From positions 186,001-250,000 of the forward strand of contig NW_021835987.1 in assembly GCF_006345805.1 (NCBI RefSeq): a DNA stretch of 64,000 nt, given 5' to 3'. Below, piece by piece: positions 1-11,962 of this stretch (position 1 is its first letter; each line of letters opens with the position of its first letter). The notes below the pieces were generated by a model, which saw nothing but the letters and a program-made list of their open reading frames with translations, had not been told where the DNA came from and searched no databases. A program made the position numbers and the translations under genes. This DNA comes from Octopus sinensis (Eukaryota).

Positions 1-326
1 ACCACTGTATCCACTTACCACCACCCATACCATTTTTGCAAAATTAACACCATAAATATCAACACTGCTGTAATGATATCCTTAAAACATCACCACAATC
101 ATCATCACCAACACAATGCAACATCCCTATCAACGCCCCATTAAAATCTCCACTGGAAAGCAACAATCACTACTACTAACTCTACTGCAACTACTACTAC
201 AACCAACGACCACCACCAAGGCCGTCACCAAGAACAACAAAATAACAACACCTACGCCTTCTAATGATTCAAGTCTGTTCAGAGAAGTCATTCTGTAAAC
301 ATTGGCTTGTTATAAATCGAATGTAG

Positions 327-560
327 TTTCACTTCGACGGAGACGTCTTGCGCATCAGACTCGAAGCAAGAGAGCAGTAACGACCGTAGTGGACGGTGGA
401 GACATCTGTGAAGATTAAGTAATAGTTGAAATCATTATTGAACAATTTAAATATTTGCAGACATTCCTTGGTAGTTCAGTGGCATCAGTTGATAGTACCG
501 ACAACAGTGGACAGTGGTTAACGTTTTCAAACACAGTTGTTAGTGTAATCAGTAACAAAG
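327..560 (+). pseudogene. Degenerate symmetric (phase 1-1) exon of an unidentified gene, with an RSKR furin-like site and one in-frame TAA (416-418)
   Basis: AG|TTTC acceptor and AAG|GTAAGT donor, both conserved in homologues at ~34742-34980 (-) and ~49289-49530 (-). 234 nt; reads SLRRRRLAHQTRSKRAVTTVVDGGDICED*VIVEIIIEQFKYLQTFLGSSVASVDSTDNSGQWLTFSNTVVSVISNK. Confidence 0.4.
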
Positions 561-1240
561 GTAAGTTTTGTTTCGTTATATTCTGCTATGTGTTGGGACC
601 TCAATGTTGCTCTTCTGCTTTCAACTATGACGGGGTAGATCCCAGTAATGTCATTGTACTTAGATCAGTTCAATGATTTTGCTTCAATGGTTTTGCCTCA
701 AAAATAAGTTCTTTGTACCACATGTATTTAGTTATAACTTATTTAATAACCAGAAGTTTTAGTCAATATCTGAAGATCATTTATTCATAATCCACCTAAT
801 GTTAGAATTTTAATAAATATACTGTAACCTAATCAAAGGTCTAGTGTTCTGATTTCGAATCTCAACAACCAAATTGAACATCATTGTAAAAGGTACCAAA
901 TATCTCATCCTCTCCATCTAGTGTAAGGACCTAGCGTTGTAAGATTTCAAAGGCCTACATCCTTTCAGCACTGTATTAAACAATCTCAGAGATCCGAAAC
1001 CTATATTTGTGAAATGTTTATCTGATGTACCAGATGAACCCACATGGCAGCAGGGAGTACTAGTGTTCACTTGCTTAATAAGTATTTTCCTTATTCATCA
1101 CAGTCATAATCTCTCTTTTTCAAGTAAACATCACGTTAGTCCAACAACACAGAGAGAAGCAGGTTTTCAACTTTTACCTTCCCCTGAAATCAACAAAGAG
1201 ATTTCAGAAAAGCAACCCTTCTATAAGCTTTGCAGTGAGT

Positions 1241-1279
<39 letters not shown>

Positions 1280-1719
1280 GGGAGGGAGAAAACATTGCAA
1301 ACAATGAACGAAATAAACATGAAATGAAGAAATCGTATAAATAAAAGGGCGCTACTATACATTTATACGCTCCCGACTTTGTAGCCTCATGACATGCAGA
1401 ACAATGGATACTTTTTAACAAAAGTATCTATAAATACATCAAAGATGTGAATTCAGAGTATATAGGGATTTAATGGAGAATTTGTTCCGATGGGATGGAG
1501 AGAGGAGTTTTGGAAAATTCACACGATCTTGACATTTTTCCCTCAAAGAGGTCCCGATGTATCTACGTTACGAAATGAAGGGGTGGGGGTTGGGGTTCGT
1601 TTTTAGGGTTAATGTTAGCGCCAGTTTTTGGGGTTAGTTAGAGTTAGAGAGTCATTACCCGTCCACACAGCGCACATTTAAAATGTTTTGTACGTAACAC
1701 CTGTATTTAAGTAGTACCT

Positions 1720-1903
1720 ATTTCTTTACTACCCACAAGGGGCTAAACATAGAGGGGACAAAAAAGGACAGACAAACGGATTAAGTCGATTATATCGACG
1801 CCAGTGCGTAACTGGTACTTATTTAATCGACCCCGAAAGGATGAAAGGATAAGTCGACCTCGGCGGAATTTGAACTCAGCACGTAACGACAGACGAGTAT
1901 TTA
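1720..1903 (-). mobile_element. tRNA-derived SINE, family 1
   Basis: Reverse complement of the multi-copy body GTTCAAATTCCGCCGAGGTCGACTTTGCCTTTCATCCTTTCGGGGTCG with B-box-like GTTCAAATTCC. Confidence 0.8.
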
Positions 1904-2007
1904 AGTTGTACCCGTTAAGGGGCCTCTCTATTTAAGAAGTAGCAGTTTCACTTCAACATTGAAATTTCATTTGTGTCGATGCAGCACGAAGTCTTGCCAG
2001 TTAACAG

Positions 2008-2042
<35 letters not shown>

Positions 2043-2190
2043 TCATTGCCTTTCAATTGTGTGTATGTGTATCTATGTGTGCGCGCGAAGGTGTCACTGT
2101 TGAAGTCGCTCGTGCAACTTGTGTAAATATTTGTTTCTTTACTACCCACAAGGGGCTAAACACAGAGGGGACAAACAAGGACAGACAAAC
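1850..2190. repeat. Segment duplicated in inverted orientation at ~21320-21694
   Basis: Near-identical reverse-complement match, including non-repeat sequence (ggcctctctatttaagaagtagcagtttcac). Confidence 0.85.
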
Positions 2191-2450
2191 GGATTAAGTC
2201 GATTACATCGATCCCAGTGCGTAACTGGTACTTATTTAATCGACCCCGAAGGGATGAAAGGCAAGGTAAACCTCGGCGGAATTTGAACTCAGAACGTAGC
2301 GGCAGACGAAATACCCTATTTCTTTAATACCCACAAGGGCTAAACGCAAAGAGGACAAACAAGGACAGACAAACGGACTGAGTCCATTATATCGACCCCA
2401 GTGCGTAACTGGTACTTATTTAATCCACCCCGAAAGGATAAAATAAGTAC
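2131..2450 (-). mobile_element. Two tandem family-1 SINE copies
   Basis: Same SINE body twice in reverse orientation. Confidence 0.75.
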
Positions 2451-2537
2451 AAAACAATAAGTACAAAATTAACTTTTAGTACTACTACTCACAGTAAGAC
2501 AAACGCACACACACACAGAAGATACAATATCACTTAC

Positions 2538-2698
2538 CGTTGTTCCATATGACTTTCGATTTTGTATCAGAATAACGAATTGAAGGGTAGTGATCTGAGT
2601 TTACCCACTGACAGCTACCTGGCGCCTCAATGATGACCAACCAGCCTCTGTCCCCTTCACAAACAATATTTATTGTTATATAGAAGCGACGTGTAAGA
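2538..2698 (-). pseudogene. Copy E: orphan exon 4 of the PAN-like secreted gene family (open frame, intact splice sites)
   Basis: ccgtag| ... |gtaagt, 161 nt, phase 2-1; LTRRFYITINIVCEGDRGWLVIIEAPGSCQWVNSDHYPSIRYSDTKSKVIWNN. No partner exons found nearby on this strand. Confidence 0.8.
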
Positions 2699-3379
2699 CT
2701 ACGGAGATAGAAAAAGAAAAAAAACTTGTTTGGGTTTCAGAATATGAAAATCTAAACTACTAGAAAACATACCATTATGTCTGCTATATGCAGTTAGATC
2801 AATCAGAATTTAATTAGAATAGCCATCTGGGTATCATACTTAATGTGTATATACACACTCGCGATAGACTATTTACTGAAGTATTTTTCCTGAAATAGCA
2901 TGTATTATGGATTTGCTGTCTATCGGATAGACACCGAAATTCGTCCCAGCAGCGGCCAGTGAGAGCAAAAGATGTTATTTCAGGACACAAATATTGCAGT
3001 AACTGGCCTGTCGAGATTGTACATACGTTATGTATGCTACATAGATGTTAGAATGTGCAGTGGCAGCCCACTGGCCCGTCTATAGATTCCATTTCAAATG
3101 AGATCTATCTTACACCAAAGATGCGTTCGTAAGCACTCACATACATATAAACGACATATATACAGAAATACAGACATACGCAAACGCACACTCACAGGCA
3201 GACACATATGCACACACATACATACACACACACGCGTGCGCAGATTTGTGCAAATGTGAAAATGTAAGGAAAGGCAAAAGTACACACGAGGCATACAATT
3301 TAGCAAAAAATCTACAAAACGCTCGAACATATAAACGATAATATTTTCCCGTGTTGAACATCTTAGCAAAGCGCCAAGA

Positions 3380-3605
3380 AGCACAGGAGTGATTGTGTGG
3401 TAAGTAGCTTGTTTACCAGCCACATGGTTCCAGTTTCAGTCCCACTGTGTGGCACCTCTGGCAAGTGTCTTCTACTATAGCCTCGGGCCGACCAAAGCCT
3501 TGTGGGTGGATTTGGTAGACGGAAACTTGCCCATGATGCCACGCAGTGGGACTGAACCCGGAACCATGTGGTTGGTAAGCAAGCTACTTACCACACAGCC
3601 CCCTG
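3380..3605. mobile_element. Two family-2 SINE heads fused in inverted orientation
   Basis: tgtggtaagtagcttg...ttcagtcccactg followed by its reverse complement cagtgggactgaac...caagctacttaccaca. Confidence 0.75.
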
Positions 3606-3689
3606 CAATAGAAATGAACATGTAGACACGTACACACATGCACATGAATACATATACGCACACACTCTCTCTCTCTCTCTCTCTCTCTC

Positions 3690-4045
3690 TTTTTACTCTT
3701 TTACTTGTTTCAGTCAGTAGACTGCGGCCATGCTGGAGCACCGCCTTTAGTCGAGCAACTCGACCCGGGACTAATTTCTTTGTAAGCCCAGTACTTATTC
3801 TATCGGTCTCATTTGCCGAACACACCATCAATGCTAGGGGGACAAACACAGACACACAAACACACACACACATATATATATATATACATATATACGACAG
3901 GCTTCTTTCAGTTTCCGTCTACCAAATCCACTCACAAGACATTGGTCGGCCCGGGGCTATAGCAGAAGACACTTGTCCAAGATGCCACGCAGTGGGACTG
4001 AACCCGGAACCATGTGGTTGGTAAGCAAGCTACTTACCACACAGC
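3690..4045. mobile_element. Family-2 SINE fragments (tail and reversed head)
   Basis: cagtcagtagactgcggccatgctggagcaccgcc tail and reversed head gtgggactgaacccggaaccatgtgg. Confidence 0.7.
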
Positions 4046-4638
4046 TCCCTGCGCCACACGTTAGCACTCGCATAATGAAAAATAATTGGATCAAGTTAAA
4101 GTGATCGAGATACTTTAAAATATATTTCTTTAGTTGTTAGTCTAATTTCCACTCATTTTTATTACATCCTTCCTTTGAGCAAATCGAATCTGTATAACCT
4201 GCAAATTAACGATTTTTATTTATCACTCACCTAATAAGTATCTTACCATCCATAAATGTATCAAATAATATATATTTAATTACCCTTCGCTTGGAAATTT
4301 CCTTTGGTAATGTTATGAAAACATAGGATCTCATAGTTTTCCATTCCAAGCTGCATGACGCAATGTGGTAACAATAACAAACTTCTGCTACTAAAATACA
4401 CCTCCTAATACACAAATAATCCATGCTTTTTTAGCCCCATTACACGCACATTGTATGTGTTTTTGCGTCTGTGTATGTCTGTGTGTATTTCACTCCTAGC
4501 ACTTGACAAATGGTTTCCTTGTGTTGATGTCCCCCGTAACATAGCGGTTCGTCCAAAGAAATTGATAGAATATATACAAGAGTATTAGTTCTACTAAACC
4601 CATGGCCATAGTCCAATGACAGAAGCAGGCAACATATC

Positions 4639-4758
<120 letters not shown>

Positions 4759-4812
4759 TACGAAAAAACAAGTCAAAAATAGAAAATGCTAAGATGATTT
4801 TATAGTGAATCT

Positions 4813-4854
4813 TTCAGTACCGGTTTCGGTCATTTTGAGACCTTTTCAACTGTA
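4813..4854 (-). ncRNA. Minimal type I hammerhead motif, U3-A8 core variant, inside a ~210-bp element (4761-4970) flanked by (TA)n
   Basis: TTACAG TTGAAAA GGTC-TCAAAAT-GACC GAAA CCGG TA CTGAAA: stem I CAG/CTG, perfect 4-bp stem II, palindromic stem III, GUA cleavage triplet. Confidence 0.6.
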
Positions 4855-4968
4855 ACGATTAAATAATTAAATTTAGAAAAATTAGAAGAAAAGTTTTTTT
4901 AAAAGAATATTTCTGTAGTAGTGTTCAGATATAAGTAGCATTCTGCCTTTCTCTGACTCCCTTGTTTG

Positions 4969-5026
<58 letters not shown>

Positions 5027-5109
5027 AGAGTTTACGAAAAAAAAGACGAAGATAGGTGGTGTACAAAACAAACAGATGTATTAGTATAACGCTCAGGAAT
5101 TGAAAAAGT

Positions 5110-5145
5110 CTTTTACGTTTCGAGCCTACGCTCTTCTACAGAAAG
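5110..5145 (-). ncRNA. Minimal hammerhead-like motif with CUGUAGA core, inside a ~180-bp element (5023-5200) in (TA)n; damaged copies at ~30132-30160, ~30328-30357, ~53455-53482
   Basis: CTTT CTGTAGA A GAGC-GTAG-GCTC GAAA CG TA AAAG; the core deviates at A6. Confidence 0.5.
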
Positions 5146-5197
5146 GGACACAGAAAAAACAAGGAGAGAAAAAAATGTGTGTAATGACTAACGATCT

Positions 5198-5244
<47 letters not shown>

Positions 5245-5429
5245 GGCTGCTAGATAAATCAATGCCTGCTAAATAGAGTTAATAGAATTAATGAAAACTA
5301 ATGCTTCTACCCACCAAAATGTGTAGCAGTCTATCCATGAGAGAAAATATCGAAACGTTAAGTTTAGTTGTCAGATATATATCAGAAAAACACACAAATA
5401 TAAGTCTTCTTAACTTCCTTAACTCCATG

Positions 5430-5680
5430 TAGAGTACAGGACACCAGTAACAGATCGCTATAGGCTGGTAAATTTGGCAATGAATTGCAGTTATCCCCAG
5501 GTCTAGCCATCAACCATTTCTTCAGTTTCTGTTGAGCTTTTCCATGTTTTTTTTTATCTGTCACGCTTCTGCCTTCCTTGTGATATTCATCGGACGGCTT
5601 GTCTTGTAAAATCAGAAAGATGTTTCCGTTCGATGTGTCCTAGCTAACCTCATTCCTTGCTCCTGAAAGCCATTATAGAA
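5430..5680 (-). mobile_element. Decayed LINE (RTE/L2-like) ORF2 3' remnant
   Basis: Interrupted translation LGHIERK...RQAVR*ISQGRQKR resembles the GHxxR...GxRxRGRP tail of LINE ORF2. Confidence 0.3.
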
Positions 5681-5957
5681 AGCCATTCAAATTCATCGGC
5701 GTGGACGAGGTAACAGGGATATACTTCCGAAACAGTACACAATCTATTTTAACAATTGATATCGGACACGTTAAAAGATATTCTCTTGCATTTTATGACA
5801 AATAAACACGCAAATGCACTGGCTTCTAACGCTTTCCATTTAACTTACTTACAGACATTGAAACATAGCATGGACAGTTTTCCCCAGTCTCACACTACAC
5901 GTCTTTACATGCATCACGGCAATTATCGGTGCTATATAATTAGAAAGATTATATATA

Positions 5958-6046
<89 letters not shown>

Positions 6047-7039
6047 TGATAAAAATGGTAAGACAACAAAAGAATGAAAGAGACCTCGATATTATGTCAA
6101 TAGAGGAACTTATCTGAAAATATAACATGTGACAAGTTTCGGATGCCGGCGGCGTGGATTTCCACCTCGGCATCAGAAACTTATTATTATTATTATTATT
6201 GTTGTTGTTTTTGTTATTGTTCAGGTTACTGCTTGTAATCGAACTCGGAACCTTGGGGTTAGTAGCCCGCGCTCTCAACCACTACGCCATATGCTCGTAT
6301 AGAACTGTATAATTTTTCTTGTTTTTTCCCTCCAATCATTCTAATATAATTAGTACTTAATCAAGAATACATTACAAACTTTAGCTCATTATCGCAGTGG
6401 ATAATCGATACTTACCGTAATCTATTTCCTTTAACTCTTAAACCCAAAAAGCACAGGAGGAAGAACCACAACCGCAGCATCACGCCATAAAGTCCTGAGC
6501 TGACTTACAACTGCAGCAATTTCGAACGTACCTGCCTCTCTTGCATTGCCTGTGTTTAACCACGAGCATATCTGCAGAGAATGAGGACCAAATCCTTCAG
6601 AAATTTTCCTTCGCGAAACAAAACCAAGAAGAAGATTAATTCACTACGAGTACAATATTCCATCATATCTTCTTTTACTTATTTATACTCTTTTACTCTT
6701 TTACTTCTTTCAGTCATTTGACTGCGGCCATGAAAGAGCACCGCCTTTAGTCGAGCAAATCGACCCTAGGACTTATTCTTTGTAAGTCAAGTACTTATTT
6801 TATCGCTCTCTTTTGACGAACCGCTAGGTGACAGGGACGTAAACACACCAGCATATACAACTTATAAACAAGGGCAAAAGAAAAAAAAATTCTAATGTCT
6901 AATATGCCGAAAAAGTACAATATGTCAACAACCATATAATTTATCACTATTAACATCGCTTGACAACCGATGCTGGTGTGTTAACACGCGTTTCGATATA
7001 TATATAATATATATTATACATATAATATAATATAATATA

Positions 7040-7460
<421 letters not shown>

Positions 7461-7800
7461 CATACATATATACGACGGGTTTCTTTCAGTTTCCGTCTAC
7501 AAAATCCACACACAACTCTTTGGTCAGTACGAGGCTATAGTAGGAGACACTTGCCCCCAAGTTACCGGACAGTGGGACTGAACGTAGAACAATGTGATTG
7601 GGAAGCAAGCTTCATACCATACAGTTTCTTCTGACCACACATTGACAATAGGTTTATAAGTCAGATCATATCGATCACAACACATCGTTAGTTATTGATG
7701 TCTTTGATCGCATGAAATAACGAAAGGAATATCGACCTGTGGAAGCTCGTAAAAAAACTTTGTCGTAACGATTGACGTGACAGGATTCTGCTAAATATAT

Positions 7801-7803
<3 letters not shown>

Positions 7804-7837
<34 letters not shown>

Positions 7838-8205
7838 CACACACACACACAAACACACACACACAAACACACACTCACAAGCACACACACAAATACACAC
7901 ACACACACAAACACACTCACACAAACTCACACACACAAACACACACTCACAAGCACACACACACACACAAATACACACACACACAAACACACAAACACAC
8001 ACACACAAACACACGCACACACACACAAACACACGCATACACACACAAACGCACGCACGCACACACACGCACACACGCACACACACACACACACAGACAC
8101 ACGCATACACACAAACACACACACACAAGCACACACACACACACACGCGCACATATACGCACACACACACACACACACAAACACACGCATACACACATAC
8201 ATATG
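7804..8205. repeat. Degenerate (CA)n microsatellite
   Basis: Direct reading. Confidence 0.95.
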
Positions 8206-8459
8206 CACGTACGCATATAAGATTCCTCTCTTTCACCATGTCGATTCACGTTCGATTCGACATGCGAAACCTGTTAGTCTTTGGGATGACTGCGTGGATA
8301 AGAAACTCAATTTCTTAGTAATCACTTGGTCCCAGGTTCCCTCCCACTGCCTGGCATGCATCATCTAATATAGCATCGCGGAGTGGGGGCCACCAGTGTC
8401 TTGTGAGTGAATTATATGCGGAAACTGTGGGAAAACCATCGTGTGTATATATATATATA

Positions 8460-8510
<51 letters not shown>

Positions 8511-8712
8511 TAGTAAACACATAAACGCGAAACAGGGTGGAAAAAAGAGTACTCAAATACCAGAGGTAGAGTAATATGCTTTTGTTGAATTTCTGCTGCT
8601 TTTAAATAAAGTATATATATACAGTATATATATATATATCACTATATCAATATATATATATATATACACACACGCTGAGTTTTCCCACAGTTTCTGCATA
8701 TCAAATTCACTC

Positions 8713-8753
<41 letters not shown>

Positions 8754-9054
8754 TATATTCACATGTATATAACCCCCCACACGCGCACACACACACACAT
8801 ACATCAACACACAACTTCTCTCTCTCCCTTACAAACAAACTTTCGCTTGGCTATAGCTAGAAGGGACTTAGCTCATGTAAGCAACCTTCAAAATTGGTAA
8901 AAGCTATGGCTGAACATAGATTTTTACCGGTATCCGCGGATTCCTCGGGAAAAAAATAAGCTGACAAAACCCAGGTAGGATGTTGACGAATGTTCCCCTA
9001 AAATTGGAGCGACATGCGTGCTAATTTGTGGACGTGCATAAACTACAATCACGT

Positions 9055-9087
<33 letters not shown>

Positions 9088-9280
9088 CACATCATGCTTT
9101 TTATAGATACAGATTATCAAAGTCGGGAGTTAAGTCCAAGTAGATATATAGTATATAAATATTTTTTGTAACTAAACACTTTCAAACTTCGGACACTGGT
9201 AGAATGTGTCATATAAAACATCTTTTACTCTTAGCATTTTTTGAGAAAAAAACTTATATTTACGAAGCTATTTCACGTTA

Positions 9281-9626
9281 AATTTCAACCAATCAATGAC
9301 GTGTATTCAGCCGAATAAAATTACTGCTGTTGTTTGACAACAAAATCTTCCGGTGGTGTATCTTTCGTTTGTCGCTGTTATTCATGACAACCCTAACCCT
9401 AAAGCTTTAGCCTTAACCCTAACGCTAACCCTAAAACCCTACCCCTAACCCTAACCCTAAAACCCTAACTCTAACCCTAAATCCTTAAAGCTAAAACCAA
9501 TACAAACGCACGAACGATGTCATAAATAACAGTGACAAACGGAAAATACACCGCCAATAGTTGTTGTTGACCATCAACGGCAGTAATTTTATTCAGTTGA
9601 ATGCACGTCATTGATTGGTTGAAATT
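9281..9626. mobile_element. Foldback/MITE-like element: ~110-bp imperfect inverted arms around a degenerate (CCCTAA)n tract
   Basis: Arms 9281-9390 and 9517-9626 (aatttcaaccaatcaatgacgtg... / ...cacgtcattgattggttgaaatt); core ccctaaccct repeats at ~9391-9495. Confidence 0.75.
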
Positions 9627-9989
9627 ACCGAAATACGTCTATTGAAAGTGTTTGGTTACAAACAATTATTTTTTAAATCTGTTGGTCAAAGGCTAAAGGT
9701 CTCTTACTTTAACTATGGTAGTAATTTAACATTTCTAAATTTTATTTTATATAATGGAATTTAGAAATGTTAGCTTATAATAATATACGATATTTTAAGT
9801 AAGGAATACAATTAGTAAAGATGATTTGGTTTACTGAACATAATAAAGTCATCCATATTTTTGCTTGTATGCTAATGCTAAGCGTAATAGTTTAGACTAG
9901 CTGGACCTGTGAAAAATACACGGAAAACATTAAAAATATAAGCATCTGTAAGCAGTGTCCTGGTGCCATGAGAAATGTTTGTATATTAT

Positions 9990-10360
9990 GGCCGTCTTTT
10001 GAAGGCGGCGAGCTGGCAGACACGTTTGCGCGCCGGGCGAAATGCTTAGCGGTATTTCGTCTGTGGTTACGTTCTGTGTTCAAATTCCGCCGAGGTCGAC
10101 TTTGCCTTTCATCCTTTCGGGGTCGATAAATAAAGTACCAGTCTCGCACTGGGGTCGATGTAATCGACTTAATCCGTTTTTCTGTCCTTGTTTGTCCCCT
10201 CTATGTTTAGCCCCTTGTGGGCAATAAAGAAATATATATTATGGCCGTCTGTCTTTGCGTTCTGAGTTCAAATTCTGCCGAGGTCGACTTTGCCTTTCAT
10301 CTTTCGGAGCTCCATAAATTAAGTACCAGTTGTGTACTGAGGTCGATGTAATCAACTGGT
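9990..10360 (+). mobile_element. Family-1 SINE, full copy plus partial tandem copy
   Basis: ggcggcgagctggcag head, GTTCAAATTCC B-box, body and aataaagaaata tail. Confidence 0.85.
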
Positions 10361-11288
10361 ACAGTCACAACATAAATTTCAAGCCTAGAAAAGTATATTG
10401 TGATAATTACAGAATGTAGAAAGTAATGTAACACCAACGACTACATAATCCAACCAAAATATCTCAGATACAAAAACGTAAACGGAATCACTATTTAACC
10501 TTAAAATACATCGTACGTATTCAAAGAACCTTCTTGGTTTCGTGTTACGGAACGTTTTTCTGGTATTCTTTTATTCTTCTACTTGTTTCAGTCAATTGAG
10601 AGTGGCCATGCTAGAGCACCACCCTTTAGTCGAAGAAATTTACCCTTGTACTTATTCCCTGTAAGCCTGGTGTTTATTCTATCAGTCTCTTCTGCTGAAC
10701 AGCTAAGTTACAGAGACGCAAACACACCAACACCGGTGTGAAGCAAGGGTTGTGGTGGGACAAACACAGACATAAACACACACACACACACGCACACACA
10801 CACATATATACATACATACATACATACATACATGCATACATACATATACATGATGAGCTTGGTGGCAGTGGTGATGCCGGCTGGGGGGATTTTGTGGTTT
10901 GCTGGTATGCCGAGAGATCCAGAGGGTCACACATGCATGCAAGCACATACACAAACACATACCTAGGGACAGAGACAGACAGACAGACAGACAGACTATC
11001 TTAAATTATAATTTATTTCAAATCCGCAAACATTCTCCATCTTGTCATTTCAGGATTTTATCTCTTCCAGGGTTTCTCCCCCTTACTCTCTAATATTTCC
11101 TCGTCTTCAGAAATACCTTCTGATGCATTTTCCCCTTACATATTAAACTCCCTTCTGTTTCTTTTCAAATCTCTCTCCTATCTCTCTCTCTCTCTCTCTC
11201 TCTCTCTATTTCATGCCATTTCTTTCCTCCTTCTAACTCCTTCCGGTGAACAAGAATATCGCAGTTTTCCTTCATTCAGCAAGAAGTG

Positions 11289-11589
11289 ATGGAAGTGATG
11301 CTGTTAACCCTTACAACAATCCTGGCTGTCACCTCAGGTCTGGGAATTAATGAAGCTAACTACAAACGTTTGGAACCTGGTTATTCCTATGATTATACTG
11401 AGACACCTCTAACACAACCACAATTCCCCACCGCAGGAAGTCGACTGGAATGTGCCGCCATCGCTCTAAACAGCCAATCAGAAGTTTTCACTTACAACAG
11501 CGTCAGCCGTGTTTGTAAGAATTACTCACCGAAAGATATAATAACAGTCGTCAACAAGACTAACATCAACGAGATTGCCTTCTATAGAT
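11289..11589 (+). CDS. Copy A exon 1: signal peptide + 2-Cys PAN/Apple-like module
   Basis: MEVMLLTLTTILAVTSG hydrophobic leader; SRLECA...FTYNSVSRVCKNY; donor AGAT|GTAAGT, phase 1; conserved in copies B, C, D. Confidence 0.85.
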
Positions 11590-11894
11590 GTAAGTGATGC
11601 TTCTTTTTCTGTTTTTTTTTTTTGCCCGAGGTAAGATATAATTAACAGTTTAACACTGAGGTCAATGTCATCGACGTCCTGCTCGAAATTGCTGACCTTG
11701 TGTCACAATTTGAAATCAGACCTAAACTCTGCCAGACGCCAACCTGGAATTTCATGATCTCCGGATTGGCTTAGAGGTACTACAAAGTTTCCAAGGCCAA
11801 CCTGAAGGTAATTATGGTTAAGGGTGCCTCACTATTCCCTCGTCGAAAGTGGACAACCGGGTGCAGTTTAACTTTATACATATTATTATTGTTA

Positions 11895-11962
<68 letters not shown>

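Noticed and set aside
4227-4424. Possible exon on the minus strand (open frame EVYFSSRS...NFQAKG, AG/GT nearby)
   Set aside because: No recognisable motif, no paralogue in the window, weak splice signals
9391-9495. True telomere or chromosome-fusion site
   Set aside because: Short, degenerate, single orientation and enclosed by element-like inverted arms
9990-10110. tRNA genes
   Set aside because: The A/B-box-like heads belong to multi-copy SINEs; no cloverleaf or anticodon arm is supportable
11590-11597. Exon 1 ORFs ending in FYRCK* as a stand-alone short secreted protein
   Set aside because: CK* comes from reading through the T|GTAAGT donor; in-phase downstream exons explain the gene better. 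An intron-retained isoform cannot be excluded without RNA data
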